Shown piece by piece: positions 48,396 through 58,894 of a stretch of DNA of 64,000 nt. The position numbers and the translations under genes were made by a program. The DNA lies in the NCBI GenBank assembly GCA_963823665.1, contig CAWGMQ010000005.1, positions 1,280,001-1,344,000 of the forward strand. Direction: 5' to 3'. The stretch comes from an uncultured Planctomycetota bacterium (GTDB lineage Bacteria; Planctomycetota; Planctomycetia; Isosphaerales; Isosphaeraceae). The stretch's first letter is position 1. Each line of letters starts with the position of its first letter. The notes below the pieces were generated by a model that saw only the letters and a list, made by a program, of their open reading frames with translations, had not been told where the DNA came from and searched no databases.

Positions 48396-49712
48396 ATGAA
48401 GATCGCGGTTGTCGGAACGGGATATGTCGGGCTGGTGCAAGGGACGTGCTTGGCTGAGAGCGGGAACGACGTCGTATGTGTTGACAAGGTCGAAAGTAAG
48501 ATCCAGGGTCTCACGCAAGGCCGCGTGCCGATCTACGAGCCTGGTCTGGCTGAGCTCGTCCATCGGAACCTACGCGACAGTCGATTGTCGTTCACCACGA
48601 AGCTCGCCGAGGGAATCAGGGAGGCGGAACTTGTTTTCATCGCCGTTGGAACGCCCCAGGGCAACGACGGCGGCGCGGATTTGAGCGGGGTGTTCGAGGT
48701 TGGCTGCCAGATCGCGCGTGCGCTCGACTCTCCCAAGACGATCGTGATCAAGAGCACGGTGCCGGTTGGAACCAATGCCGAGGTGGCCCGGCGAATGGCC
48801 GAGGTGACAAAGGTCACCTTCGACGTGGCCAGCAATCCCGAGTTCCTCAAGGAAGGGGCCGCGATCGACGACTTCAACAAGCCGGACCGAGTGGTCGTCG
48901 GTGTGCGCCGCCCCGAGGTGACCAAGCAGTTGCACAACCTGTACGAGCCGTTCTTGAGGACGGACCGGCCGTTTCTTGTGATGAGCCCCGAAAGCGCGGA
49001 GATGACCAAGTACGTTGCCAACTGCCTGCTGGCGACCAAGATCAGCTTCGTGAACGAGATGGCCAACCTTTGTGAAGAGTACGCGGCCGATATCAACGAC
49101 GTGCGGCGCGGCATCGGCCACGACCAGCGGATCGGCTTTCACTTTCTCTTTCCCGGAGTGGGCTACGGCGGTAGCTGCTTTCCAAAAGACATTCGCGCCG
49201 TGATTCACATGGCCCAGTCCAAGGGGATCGGCGCGCAGATGATGGAAGCCGTTGACAGTGTCAACGAGGCGCAGAAGACCGTGCTTTTCCGGAAGATCCA
49301 CCGGCACTTTCGCGGAGATCTCAAGGAAAAGACGATCGCGATCTGGGGGCTGGCCTTCAAACCGCGAACCGACGATGTGCGTGAGGCCCCTGCCCTCGTC
49401 TTGATCGACTCGCTCTTGAGCGCCGGCGCGGCGCTACGGCTGCACGACCCCGAGGCGCTGGGCCACGTTCGGGCTCTCTACGGCGACCGGGTGGTGTGCT
49501 GTGATCGTCCCTACGGCGCGCTCGAGCAGGCTGACGCACTCGCGGTCGTCACCGAGTGGAACGAGTTTCGCAACCCGGACTTCGAGGTCATGCGCCGGCT
49601 GATGCGCCAGCCGGTGATCTTCGACGGCCGGAACGTATTCGACCCCCCGCGCATGGCGGCGCTCGGTTTCGTCTACCAGGGCATCGGACGGGCAGTGTCG
49701 CATCAAGAATGA
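48396..49712 (+). CDS. ugd: UDP-glucose 6-dehydrogenase
   Basis: [44 protein letters not shown]. Confidence 0.97.
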   Translation: MKIAVVGTGYVGLVQGTCLAESGNDVVCVDKVESKIQGLTQGRVPIYEPGLAELVHRNLRDSRLSFTTKLAEGIREAELVFIAVGTPQGNDGGADLSGVFEVGCQIARALDSPKTIVIKSTVPVGTNAEVARRMAEVTKVTFDVASNPEFLKEGAAIDDFNKPDRVVVGVRRPEVTKQLHNLYEPFLRTDRPFLVMSPESAEMTKYVANCLLATKISFVNEMANLCEEYAADINDVRRGIGHDQRIGFHFLFPGVGYGGSCFPKDIRAVIHMAQSKGIGAQMMEAVDSVNEAQKTVLFRKIHRHFRGDLKEKTIAIWGLAFKPRTDDVREAPALVLIDSLLSAGAALRLHDPEALGHVRALYGDRVVCCDRPYGALEQADALAVVTEWNEFRNPDFEVMRRLMRQPVIFDGRNVFDPPRMAALGFVYQGIGRAVSHQE

Positions 49713-49749
49713 CCGATTCACCTCGACGTTTTACCGCGCGAGAATTCTG

Positions 49750-51180
49750 GTGTCGACCCGGCTGCTCTTGAGCGTTGTGCGAGAAGTCCTCGACGTGCCG
49801 GCCGCTCGGCTGGCGGCGGTGATCGGGAGGTGGCCGGAGCCCGCGCTGCTCGAGAGCGGAACGGATCCTGGCGACGCGGGGCAGTTCAGTATCCTCACGG
49901 CCTATCCGCGCCTGGTCTGGGAAGCGACCGGCCAGAGCTGGTCTCTGCGCACGGACAGCGGCCGCTGCGAGCACGGTCGGGGAGATGTGCTTTCCAATCT
50001 GACGGCGCTCCTCGAGCGTTACCGGCTGGCGCAGCCGGAAGATCGAGGTGACGCCTGGCTCCCGCCATTTCAAGGCGGCATGATCGGGTTTTTCGGTTAT
50101 GACCTGGCGCCCGAGCTCGAGCGGCTGCCGCGCCGCCGGGGCGCGACTCGCCTCCCCGATATCCGGCTGGCGCTCTATGACACGGCCGTCTTGATCGACT
50201 CTCGAGCCGGCACGATCGAGCTGTGGAGCTGGGATTTGACCGGCGAAGGGCGCTCGGCGGCGCTCGAGCGCTGCCAGAGCTGGCGCAAATCGATCGAGAG
50301 ATCGCTCGACTCGCCGCGAGCGGAACGCAAGCGACGTTCTACATTCGATAATCTGACGGCGTCGCTCAACCGCGACAGCTATCTCGAAAAGGCCGTTCGG
50401 GTGCTCGAGTACATCGCCGCGGGCGATGTGTTTCAGGTGAACCTTTCGCAACGATACCTGGCGACGGGGCATCCCGACCCGCTGGACATCTACCTGCGGC
50501 TGAAGGCGAGGAGCCCTGCGCCCTATGCCGCGTTTCTGCACTGGGGAGACCTCGCCGTTGCATCGGCGAGCCCGGAGTTGTTCTACCAGACGCACGGGCG
50601 CGCGATCGTGACGCGCCCGATCAAGGGAACGCGCCCGCGCGGATGCACGCCCGCGGAAGACGAGCGGCTCGCGGCCGAGCTACGCAGCTCGGCCAAGGAC
50701 CGCGCCGAGCTCACGATGATTGTCGACCTCGAGCGCAACGACCTGGGGCGGGTGTGCGAGTACGGCTCGGTCGATGTCGCCGAAGCGCTGAAGCTCGAGT
50801 CATTCGCGCAGGTGCATCATCTGGTCGCGACGGTTGAAGGGGCCATCCGCCCCGGCGCCGGGCCCGTCGACGTGGTCCGTGCGGTGTTCCCCGGCGGCTC
50901 GATCACCGGCGCCCCCAAGATCCGCGCCATGGAGATCATCGACGAGCTCGAGGTGAATCGGCGCAGCCTGTACACCGGCGCAATCGGCTATTTCAGCCGG
51001 GGCGGATCGAGTGCCTTCAACATCGCGATCCGTACCGTTCTGATCGAGGGCAATCGCGCCAGTTTCCAGGTAGGAGGGGGGATCGTGGCTGATTCCGACC
51101 CCGAGGCCGAGTACGAGGAGACACTGGTGAAAGGGCGGGGGATGCGCGCGGTTTTGAGTCCGCACGACGATGAGGGATGA
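49750..51180 (+). CDS. pabB: Aminodeoxychorismate synthase component I
   Basis: LLESG, GDVFQVNLS, SPELF, RPIKGT, MIVDLERNDL, FPGGSITGAPK, IAIRT. Confidence 0.92.
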   Translation: MSTRLLLSVVREVLDVPAARLAAVIGRWPEPALLESGTDPGDAGQFSILTAYPRLVWEATGQSWSLRTDSGRCEHGRGDVLSNLTALLERYRLAQPEDRGDAWLPPFQGGMIGFFGYDLAPELERLPRRRGATRLPDIRLALYDTAVLIDSRAGTIELWSWDLTGEGRSAALERCQSWRKSIERSLDSPRAERKRRSTFDNLTASLNRDSYLEKAVRVLEYIAAGDVFQVNLSQRYLATGHPDPLDIYLRLKARSPAPYAAFLHWGDLAVASASPELFYQTHGRAIVTRPIKGTRPRGCTPAEDERLAAELRSSAKDRAELTMIVDLERNDLGRVCEYGSVDVAEALKLESFAQVHHLVATVEGAIRPGAGPVDVVRAVFPGGSITGAPKIRAMEIIDELEVNRRSLYTGAIGYFSRGGSSAFNIAIRTVLIEGNRASFQVGGGIVADSDPEAEYEETLVKGRGMRAVLSPHDDEG

Positions 51181-51298
51181 AGCACGGATTGCTTTCATCG
51201 GATCGCCGATTGACGGGTATGAACGGAGCAGACGCCGCCGCAGAGCCTGGTGTCTGCGGCCGATATCCGTCGGTTTGCGCTGCTGCGAGGCCCGGGCA

Positions 51299-52054
51299 TC
51301 ACCGGCGACGGACGGCCGATCTGGCTGCCGTTGCAAAGTGCGTTTCCGAACCGGATTCCGCCAAAGTTCTGTCGCGCAGGCTGACGATTGCAGCCTTGTC
51401 GAGCAACTCTCCATCGAACACGATTTGAAGACTCGAGGGATCCGCGCGATTTCTGAGATACTTCGATACGTTCATCCATTTCAGAGACTCGCTCGAGTCC
51501 ATGATCACGAGAAAAACGTCGTAGCGCTGCGCCTGCCAGTAGCGGATGTGCCGCTCCTCGCGGACGTCGAAAATCAGTTTCTGATCCCGCTTCCGCGGTC
51601 TCAGGTACGAATCGCCGCTCTTGAGCTGTACATAGACGCGACGACCGGATGCTTCTCCCGAGGCGTCTCTGAACTCGATTTCGCCGTCGATTCCATGATC
51701 CCAAATCGGCGTCGGTCGGAAGATCTGTCGCGCTCTGGCACAGAGTACGTGCATCTTGCCAATCAACAGTCCTTCTTTCGATTCATTATCGAGCACGTCA
51801 TCGGCGGCAGTCCCGTCGAGAGTGTGGTTCGGCCCCGCGGATATAACTGGCCCCTCAGTCTCTAGTGTTCGCTGAAGCTCACGGCCAAGGCCTGCTAAAC
51901 AGTTGAAATCGAAAGTCGTTATCTTTGCGGGCTCGGCGAGTTGCCTCGACAATTCGCGCACGAGCTGTGAGATCGGCCGCGCAATGGGCGTTCCTGCTCC
52001 ATGCGGGATCGCGGGATGGTCGTTCAGGGCGAATGGATTCTCAGCCCTTTTCAC
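51299..52054 (-). CDS. DUF4365 (PD-(D/E)XK nuclease-like) domain protein
   Basis: DHGIDGEIEF...VQLKSGDSY, HIRYW, WMNVSKYL. The start (GTG 52054) is uncertain. Confidence 0.7.
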   Translation of the reverse strand: MKRAENPFALNDHPAIPHGAGTPIARPISQLVRELSRQLAEPAKITTFDFNCLAGLGRELQRTLETEGPVISAGPNHTLDGTAADDVLDNESKEGLLIGKMHVLCARARQIFRPTPIWDHGIDGEIEFRDASGEASGRRVYVQLKSGDSYLRPRKRDQKLIFDVREERHIRYWQAQRYDVFLVIMDSSESLKWMNVSKYLRNRADPSSLQIVFDGELLDKAAIVSLRDRTLAESGSETHFATAARSAVRRR

Positions 52055-52329
52055 GGTCCCGCTTCTGAACCTCCTTCGGTGCTTCGAAACTGCATGAGGC
52101 ACCCGCAAAGACCCAGCGCGCAGCGCGACATCCGGTCCGTGAGCACACCGCTCAGAATCGCGGATGGAGCCTGCGGGCCGAACCTCACGCCTGACTGCCG
52201 TCCGCGCGCACATGCAATGCGCCGTACGGCATCCTGAGCGAGGCTTCGGCCGAATTATCAACCTACTACGTCAAAGATTAGGGATGCTGGAACGAATGAA
52301 CGGCCTGCCGGTCTGTCGCAGGGCAATGT

Positions 52330-52814
52330 TCAGGATGCGTAACGTCTTAAGATTTTGCTGCCGCTGAAACTCCCGATGGCCTCGAACCGGGCGGAAGCAA
52401 CTGCGTTACGAAGCTTAATGACCGCGCGAAAGTCAGCGTCGCTCGGCCGCTTACCGGTGAGCCGGCGCTTCAGATCGCAGCAGACTAGCTCGGTCGCATA
52501 GTGCGTAATTTGACTTGGCTGACGACCAGCCCAGAGACTCGTAGCCAGCATCAGCACCCAGTCCTGAACGGGCTCGAAAAACGTCTTGCCGTGTTCCTTG
52601 ATCAGCGACTTGAAGGTTGGCGAGCATCACCCGCATCGAACCTGCCGCGGTGGCGCACAAGGCGACCCGGCCAAGGTTGAGGCCGTGGTAGGCGATCGTC
52701 AGCCCGTCCCCCTGCGCCGGCCGCAGCAGGTTTTCCGCGGGGCGCGCAGGCCGCTGAATTTGAGCTCGTTATTGTGCAGGTGCTTAAGGGCGAAGAGGAA
52801 GTACGTCACCAGCT
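52330..52814 (-). pseudogene. Diverged, twice internally deleted copy of the acyl-CoA dehydrogenase gene
   Basis: 52330-52567 ~ 44401-44638; 52568-52615 ~ 44936-44983; 52616-52814 ~ 45325-45524. Confidence 0.9.
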
Positions 52815-53009
52815 CGAGCGCGGACGGCTCGCCGATGTTGTGACCGACACGCTCTTAATCCGAACTGGACTCCCGTCATCACGGACGCCCCTTTGACGAT
52901 GCGAGGACGTGCGGCCGCGCGGTGTCGATTCGTCGACGGTATGCTGTGCCCCGCTCACGTAGCGCGAGCGCGCAAGTTTCGAGATCCCGCTTGACCCGCG
53001 ACTGGTGAC

Positions 53010-53029
53010 ATGTAACACTTTGGTTACAT
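53010..53029. promoter_or_regulatory. Palindromic operator for the ArsR-family regulator
   Basis: ATGTAAC-N6-GTTACAT ending 6 nt before the GTG start; TTGACC at 52991. Confidence 0.7.
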
Positions 53030-53035
53030 AATACC

Positions 53036-53404
53036 GTGAACCCTGAAGATCTCGACATCGTGTTTTTCGCCATGGCTCACCGCGACCGGCGGCGAATTTT
53101 GGAGCTCATCCGAGAATCGCCCGGTTGTCGTGTCGACGAGGTGACCCGGCGATTTGAGACGAGCCGGATTGCGGTGATGAAGCATTTACGGGTGCTCGAA
53201 ACAGCGGGGCTGATCCATTCCGAGAAAATAGGCCGCGAGCGCCGTATGTACTTCAACGTCGTGCCCATTCAGCTCATCCATGAGGCGTGGACGAACGATT
53301 TCAGTCGCGAGCTGGCCAGCGGCATGGTTCAGATCAAGCTGGCCGTCGAGGGCGAAGTTGCAGAGAAGCGCAGGAAGAACCGATCAAGGAAACACCATGC
53401 CTGA
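53036..53404 (+). CDS. ArsR/SmtB-family regulator
   Basis: VFFAMAHRDRRRIL, SRIAVMKHLRVLETAGLI...GRER. Confidence 0.92.
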   Translation: MNPEDLDIVFFAMAHRDRRRILELIRESPGCRVDEVTRRFETSRIAVMKHLRVLETAGLIHSEKIGRERRMYFNVVPIQLIHEAWTNDFSRELASGMVQIKLAVEGEVAEKRRKNRSRKHHA

Positions 53405-53930
53405 GCCGTCGAAGCCTACCGAACGAGCCGTCTTCAAGGTCGTGATCAACGGGCCGATCGATGCAGTCTGGCGGGAGATCACGAAAACGGACAGCGTGCA
53501 ACGGGCGATGTTCAACATGCGACTGCACACGCCGGGACTGAAACCAGGGGCGCCGTTCCAGATGCGGTCGAAGGACGGCAAGATCGTCGGCATCGTCGGC
53601 GAAGTCCTGGAATTCGATCCGCCGCGCCGCTACGTCACGACGTTCCGATTTACGCGATTCGACGATCCGCCGTGCAGAATCATCTACGAATTGAAGGAAG
53701 TGCCGGGCGGTACCGAATTCGTGATGACGCTCGAAGATCTGCCTCCGGGCACGGTCACAACGAAACAGATGGTTCAGGGCGGCAATTTGATCATCAAGAC
53801 TCTCAAGTCTCTGGTGGAAACAGGCAAGCTGCCGCTCGGAACGCAAATGCTCTACGCGATGTTTGCGCTGTTGGGCCCGCTCGCACCGAAGAAGACCCGG
53901 GCCGAGAACTGGCCGATGGTGAATTCCTGA
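53397..53930 (+). CDS. SRPBCC (AHSA1-like) domain protein
   Basis: INGPIDAVWREIT, GEVLEFDPPRR, LKSLVETG; overlaps the arsR-family stop. Confidence 0.9.
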   Translation: MPEPSKPTERAVFKVVINGPIDAVWREITKTDSVQRAMFNMRLHTPGLKPGAPFQMRSKDGKIVGIVGEVLEFDPPRRYVTTFRFTRFDDPPCRIIYELKEVPGGTEFVMTLEDLPPGTVTTKQMVQGGNLIIKTLKSLVETGKLPLGTQMLYAMFALLGPLAPKKTRAENWPMVNS

Positions 53931-53960
53931 ACTCCCATCTGTTTTCATTGAGGTGATGAT

Positions 53961-54527
53961 ATGGCAAAAGTCATCGACGACGCGGTCAACTCAATGATCG
54001 CGAATTTGAAGGAGAAAACCGGCAAGAGCCTGGACGATTGGCTCAAGATCGCGGCTTCAACGGGCAAGGCAAAGCATGGCGAAGTTCTCGCGGTGCTCAA
54101 GCAAGAACATGGCCTCAGCCATGGGTACGCGAATCTGGTGGCGCAGCGGTTCCTGCAAGCCGCTAACAATGAGCCTGTCTCGGGCGAAGGCCTCGTGTCC
54201 GCACTTTTCGCGGGCCCGAAGGCCGCGCTCAAGCCGTTGTACGACTCGGTGATCGAGGCCGTAAAAGGCTTTGGCGACGACGTGGAGATCGATCCCAAGA
54301 AGTCGTACGTTAGCCTGCGCCGGAACAAGCAATTTGCCCTGGTCGTACCTTCGACAGCCAAGCGGCTCGATCTGGGCCTGAATCTCAAAGGAGTCGAGCC
54401 GGCAGGCAGGCTCGAAGCTTCCGGCAGTTTCAACGCGATGTGCTCCCATCGCGTTCGGCTGGAATCGAAGAGCGACTTCGATGCCGATGTGAAAAAGTGG
54501 CTGAAGCGAGCATATGAATCGTCTTGA
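53961..54527 (+). CDS. DUF4287/DUF5655 domain protein
   Basis: NLKEKTGKSLDDW, LKQEHGLSHGYAN, PKKSYVSLRR.KQFA, WLKRAY. Confidence 0.85.
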   Translation: MAKVIDDAVNSMIANLKEKTGKSLDDWLKIAASTGKAKHGEVLAVLKQEHGLSHGYANLVAQRFLQAANNEPVSGEGLVSALFAGPKAALKPLYDSVIEAVKGFGDDVEIDPKKSYVSLRRNKQFALVVPSTAKRLDLGLNLKGVEPAGRLEASGSFNAMCSHRVRLESKSDFDADVKKWLKRAYESS

Positions 54528-54614
54528 CGCTTTCAGCCGTCGCGAACTGACCTAGGCGGTGCGCCCGGATCATCGTGAACGAACGGAGAATTCAGGAAGA
54601 ACGAAGAGCCTGTC

Positions 54615-55452
54615 ATGCTCTGGGTTCGAGGCGAACTTGTTTCCGATGATGCGCTCACGGTCAGCGCTCTGGATCGCACGTTCGAGCACGGCCTTGGATT
54701 ATTCGAGACGCTGCGCACCTGGAATGGCCACGCGACATTGCTCGACCGGCATCTCGAGCGAATGCAACGATCGGCACAAGAGCTTGGACTGCCGCTCGAG
54801 CATTCGCAGTTGCCAGACGCCCGAGCCGTCGCCGAGCTGGTTGCGGCAAGCCGCGATTTTGTGCCGGCGGAATCGGACGCTCGCTTGCGCATCACGCTCA
54901 CGGGCGGGCTCACATCGGCGCCTCCATCGGGCTCGGTACTCTGGATGTCAGCCGCCCCCCTGCCCCCCTCGATTGCCGCCGGCGGCGCGATCATCACGCG
55001 CTCGATTGAAGTTTCGAGGAGCGATCCTCTGGCGCGGTACAAGACGCTCAATTACTGGAGCAAACGCATCGCACACGAGCGCGCAGCAGGCCGGAGACGA
55101 CGACGTGTTGTGTTTGACTTCTGATCGGATCATTTGCGAAACATCACGCTCGAACATTTTCCTGGTCAAAGGCGAGCGATTGGAAACGCCCGCATTGGCG
55201 GGCCCGCTGCTGCGGGGCATCATGCGGGGGCTCGTGATCGAGAGAGCACGGATTCTTGGCTTGGAGGTGGTGGAGGAATTGCTGCCAGTTGAACGCATCG
55301 AAGCGGCCGATGAGGCTTTCTTGACCAACTCGGTGCGAGGTGTTGTACCAGTTGAGCGATTGATGGAGTTCGGGTTTTCAGCGCCGGGGCCGATTACTCA
55401 ATGGCTCTGGAAAGACATTCGAGGATGGCTTGAGTCAAGGGGGGCTGGTTGA
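54615..55452 (+). CDS. Aminotransferase class IV (4-amino-4-deoxychorismate lyase-like); frameshift near 55080
   Basis: LDRTFEHGLGLFETLR, HLERM, YKTLNY; then ETSRSNIF, LRGIMR, EAFLTNSVRG. Confidence 0.88.
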
Positions 55453-55689
55453 GGATCGAGGGTCCGTTCCATCCCCAAAACATTGGAGGGTGGCCTCGGC
55501 CCATGCCAGGGCCTCCGCTTCGCGAGGGTGTTCTCGCGCCATTCCTCGATAGGCAAAAAGCAGGCGCATTTCGGGTATATGAGATCGGACCATCGACTCG
55601 ATCCATCGGCTAAGCGCACAGCGCCCAATGACTCGACATAATCTCTCGTAGATATCCCGACCGAGCGTGATCGTTAGTTTTTTGCGCAT
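55435..55689 (-). pseudogene. Degenerate addiction-module antitoxin-like gene
   Basis: MRKKLTITL..DIYE.L...IGR..LSRWIESMVR...AYRGMA....REAEALAWAEA; no toxin gene follows. Confidence 0.55.
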
Positions 55690-55821
55690 GGGACACCGAA
55701 AGTGCTGCGTGTGCGGCATTCTACTTATTGCAAGTCAAGCGGACAATTCCCGCTTGCCTCCTGGTTACGCTGGCGCGATCATCATGGAGATGAAAAGCTC
55801 GAGCGTGACTTCGACCGTCGA

Positions 55822-55874
55822 GGACGCCGCAGAGCGGCAGGGAGGACGCTCCCACGCGGGAGCGTGGGAACGAG
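55822..55874. repeat. REP element related to the 71-bp array unit
   Basis: CGCCGCAGAGCGG...CGCTCCCACGCGGGAGCGTGGGAACGAG hairpin. Confidence 0.7.
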
Positions 55875-55912
55875 GAAGTCGTTCGGGGATGGTTTGAATC
55901 AGGGGGATGTGC

Positions 55913-57068
55913 ATGACCACCGTCGCCGAGGTCACCGGCTGGCTCGAGCAATTTGCGCCGGCTAAGCTTGCTGAGCCATGGGACAACGTGGGCCTGATCT
56001 GGGGCGATCCAGCGGCCGCGGTCGAGCGGATCATGACTTGCCTGACCGTCACGCCGGCCACGGCCGATGAGGCGATTGACGACCGGGCCGAGCTCATTGT
56101 CAGCCATCACCCGATCTTGTTCCGGGAGGTGAAAAAGATCCGCGCCGACTGGCCCGAGACGGGGTATCTCTGGAAGCTCGCGCGCTCGGGGATCGCGGTC
56201 GCCAGCCCGCACACGGCGTTTGACAACACCCGCGAAGGAATCAACGACTTGCTCTGCGCGGCTCGGGTTGCTCGATGTGGGATCACTGCGGCCGGCGCCG
56301 GGTGCGCGTGATCGGACAGCGGCCGCGCCACCGCGGTCGTTCAAGGTTGTCGTGTTCACGCCGGAAGCCGAGCGCGAGGCGGTCTTTTCCGCCGCGTTCC
56401 AGGCTGGGGCCGGCCGCATCGGCGCATACGAGGAATGCTCGTTCGCGATTCCCGGTGAAGGCACCTTCTTCGGAACGGAAACGGCCAATCCCTCTATCGG
56501 CAAGCGCGGGCAGCGAGAGACCGTGCGCGAGCTGAGGCTCGAATTTGTCTGCCCGTCGCTCAAGCTGGCCGGCGTGCTCGCGGCGGTTCGCGCCAGCCAT
56601 TCCTACGAGGAACCCGCGATCGACGTGTATCCTCTGCACGAACCGGACGCGGCGGGCGATGCGACTCCCGGCGCGGGGCGGATCGGACGGCTCGCCAGCC
56701 CGCGATCGCTCGCCGAGCTGGCGCGCGAGGTGAGGCATGCGCTGGGAGCGCCGGTCGTCGGCACCGCGGGCGACCCCGATCGGCGAGTGGAACGTGTGGC
56801 GATCGCCTGTGGCGCCGGCGACGACTTCCTCCAGGAGGCAGTGCGCGCCGGCGCCGATGTGCTGCTCACGGGCGAGGCGCGGTTCCACCGAGGCATCGAG
56901 GCCGAGACTCTGGGAATCGGCCTCATCATCGCCGGTCACTACGCCACCGAGCGACCCGGGGTCGAATTCCTCGCTGCGCGAATCGGCCGGGCGTTTCCAC
57001 ACCTTCAGGTTTGGCCCAGCCGCCGCGAGCGCGACGCGTTCTGGGTCGTCGGCGCAGGTGAGACGTAA
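55913..57068 (+). CDS. Nif3-like dinuclear metal centre protein (with PII-like insert); frameshift near 56260
   Basis: AEPWDNVGL, IVSHHPILF, HTAFD, AGAGRIGAYEECSF, HSYEEPAID, AGHYATE. Confidence 0.92.
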
Positions 57069-57073
57069 GCCGG

Positions 57074-57105
57074 GAAAAAGAAACCCGGGGACGGCCCCGG
57101 GGGTT
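57074..57105 (-). terminator. Intrinsic terminator between convergent genes
   Basis: CCGGGG-ACGG-CCCCGG stem; the minus strand continues GTTTCTTTTT. Confidence 0.7.
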
Positions 57106-57170
57106 AATCTGTTTTCAACCTGTTCTCGGCACCAGCTCGCAAAGAGTCGCCGGCAAACCGTGAGAACCCG

Positions 57171-57569
57171 TCACTTCTTCTTTTTTCCGGGGGCCGCTGA
57201 GTCGTCGGCCTCCATGTCTTCTTCCTCTTCGGGTTCGGCCGCCGCTTCAGGTTCCGCGTCCGGGTCGGCTTCGGCTTCCGCTTCCGCTTCGACCCCTTCA
57301 ATTGCCCCGGGCTTGCCCCCCCGCGCAGTTGGCACAGCCAGGTACTGCTGGTGCTCCCACTGACCGGACCAGAACTGGCCCGCCCAGCGCTGCAACGAGA
57401 TCGCGCGCACCGTCGGGCGATCCTCATCGCGAATCACTTCACCCCAAGCCCCAGTATAAGCGGCACGCACCTGCGACGAACTTTCACCAACACAGAGCAA
57501 CCGCTCGCCGCTCGGCGACAAGCAAGCCACTGCTCTCCAATCTTGAGCGCCAATCGTTCCACTGCTCAT
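57171..57569 (-). CDS. Hypothetical protein with acidic low-complexity tail
   Basis: 132 aa; globular Trp-rich N-part, then EAEAEA...EEEED and terminal KKKK; followed by the terminator. Confidence 0.7.
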   Translation of the reverse strand: MSSGTIGAQDWRAVACLSPSGERLLCVGESSSQVRAAYTGAWGEVIRDEDRPTVRAISLQRWAGQFWSGQWEHQQYLAVPTARGGKPGAIEGVEAEAEAEADPDAEPEAAAEPEEEEDMEADDSAAPGKKKK

Positions 57570-57778
57570 CTTCAGTTCACTCCCGGCCGGCGAGTCAAAA
57601 AGGTGGGCGGATTCCGTTCCTTTACAACATCTAATCTTAACGAGGTCAAGGTAGCACGGCGAATCATTTCTGAAAAAACCCGGCGGTAAATGGGCAGACC
57701 TGCCCGGTTGTGGCGAGTGATTACCTTCATTTGCGATGTTAATATGGGTCGATCACGTTGTTTGGATAAATTACCTTG

Positions 57779-58768
57779 TCAATTCAGTCGCACGAGGGTT
57801 TTTCCCTGGCGGGCGATTGTGGCGGCCTCTCGGGCTGCGGCCTGGATGTCGCGGAGGGGGAAGATCCGGCCGATCTCGGAATGGAGGATGCCTTGCCGGT
57901 TGAGCGAGGCGATTTCGCGGAACAGAAGAAGGAGTGAGGGGATCGATCGCTGTCGCATCCAGTGTCCGAGCCAGAAGCCCTCGACCGTCCGCGGCCCGGA
58001 GATCACGAGCCGTGGATCAACGGCCATCGGTTCTCCGGACAGGGTTCCATAGAGGATGAGTCGCCCGTTTTCTCCGAGCGAGCGAAAAACTTCGGTCGCG
58101 GTTTGTCCGCCGACGGGGTCAATGGCGTAGCGCACGCCTTTGCCGCCGGTGATCCGCAGGACTTGCTCGTCGATCGGGCCGTCTGCCGACGAGATGACCG
58201 CATCGCCGCCCAGCTTCTTGAGCTCGTCTGTGGCGTCGCGGCGGCGGACGACGTTGAGCGTTTTGAATCCGTCGTGCTTGCCCAGATTGATGACCATCCG
58301 ACCGAGGTTCGAACCGGCCGCGGACTGCAATAGCCATTCTCCCTTGGGCACGGCCAGGACGTGCCGCACGATCGCGAGCACGGTGGCCGGGTTGACGAGG
58401 AAAGTTGCGACCTGCTCGTCGGGGATGTCGCTTGGAACGGGCCGAGCCTGGCGGGCGGGAATGATGGCGTATTCGGCCCAGTTCCCGCCCTGGGAATTGA
58501 TGGCCAGGACGCGTTTCCCCTTGACGTATCGGCCCAGCAGCCCGGGCCCGACTTCATCCACCACGCCGACTCCTTCGAATCCCGGCGTCGCCGGCAACGT
58601 GGGCAAGACCCCATACCGGCCTTCCACGACCATCATGTCCGAGGGATTCATCGGACTGAGGATCATCCGCACACGGACTTCGCCGGGGCCGGGATGCGGG
58701 TCCGGAACGTTGCGGACTTCCAAAACCTGCGACGGGTCGCCGAATTTGTCGAAGACAGCGGCTTTCAT
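57779..58768 (-). CDS. MDR-family NADPH oxidoreductase (enoyl-reductase/quinone-reductase-like)
   Basis: MNPSD, PGFEGVG, VNPAT, QSAAGSNLG, DPVGG. Confidence 0.92.
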   Translation of the reverse strand: MKAAVFDKFGDPSQVLEVRNVPDPHPGPGEVRVRMILSPMNPSDMMVVEGRYGVLPTLPATPGFEGVGVVDEVGPGLLGRYVKGKRVLAINSQGGNWAEYAIIPARQARPVPSDIPDEQVATFLVNPATVLAIVRHVLAVPKGEWLLQSAAGSNLGRMVINLGKHDGFKTLNVVRRRDATDELKKLGGDAVISSADGPIDEQVLRITGGKGVRYAIDPVGGQTATEVFRSLGENGRLILYGTLSGEPMAVDPRLVISGPRTVEGFWLGHWMRQRSIPSLLLLFREIASLNRQGILHSEIGRIFPLRDIQAAAREAATIARQGKTLVRLN

Positions 58769-58894
58769 TTCAGCCCCATTTCACCGGGTGGGTCGTGACC
58801 GGGCGCTGGCGCGTCAAGGAACTGGAGATCGGCCGGTCGAGTCGCTAATCTTAACGAACGCGTTTTGTCTCCGATACCACCTGAGAACCGAACG

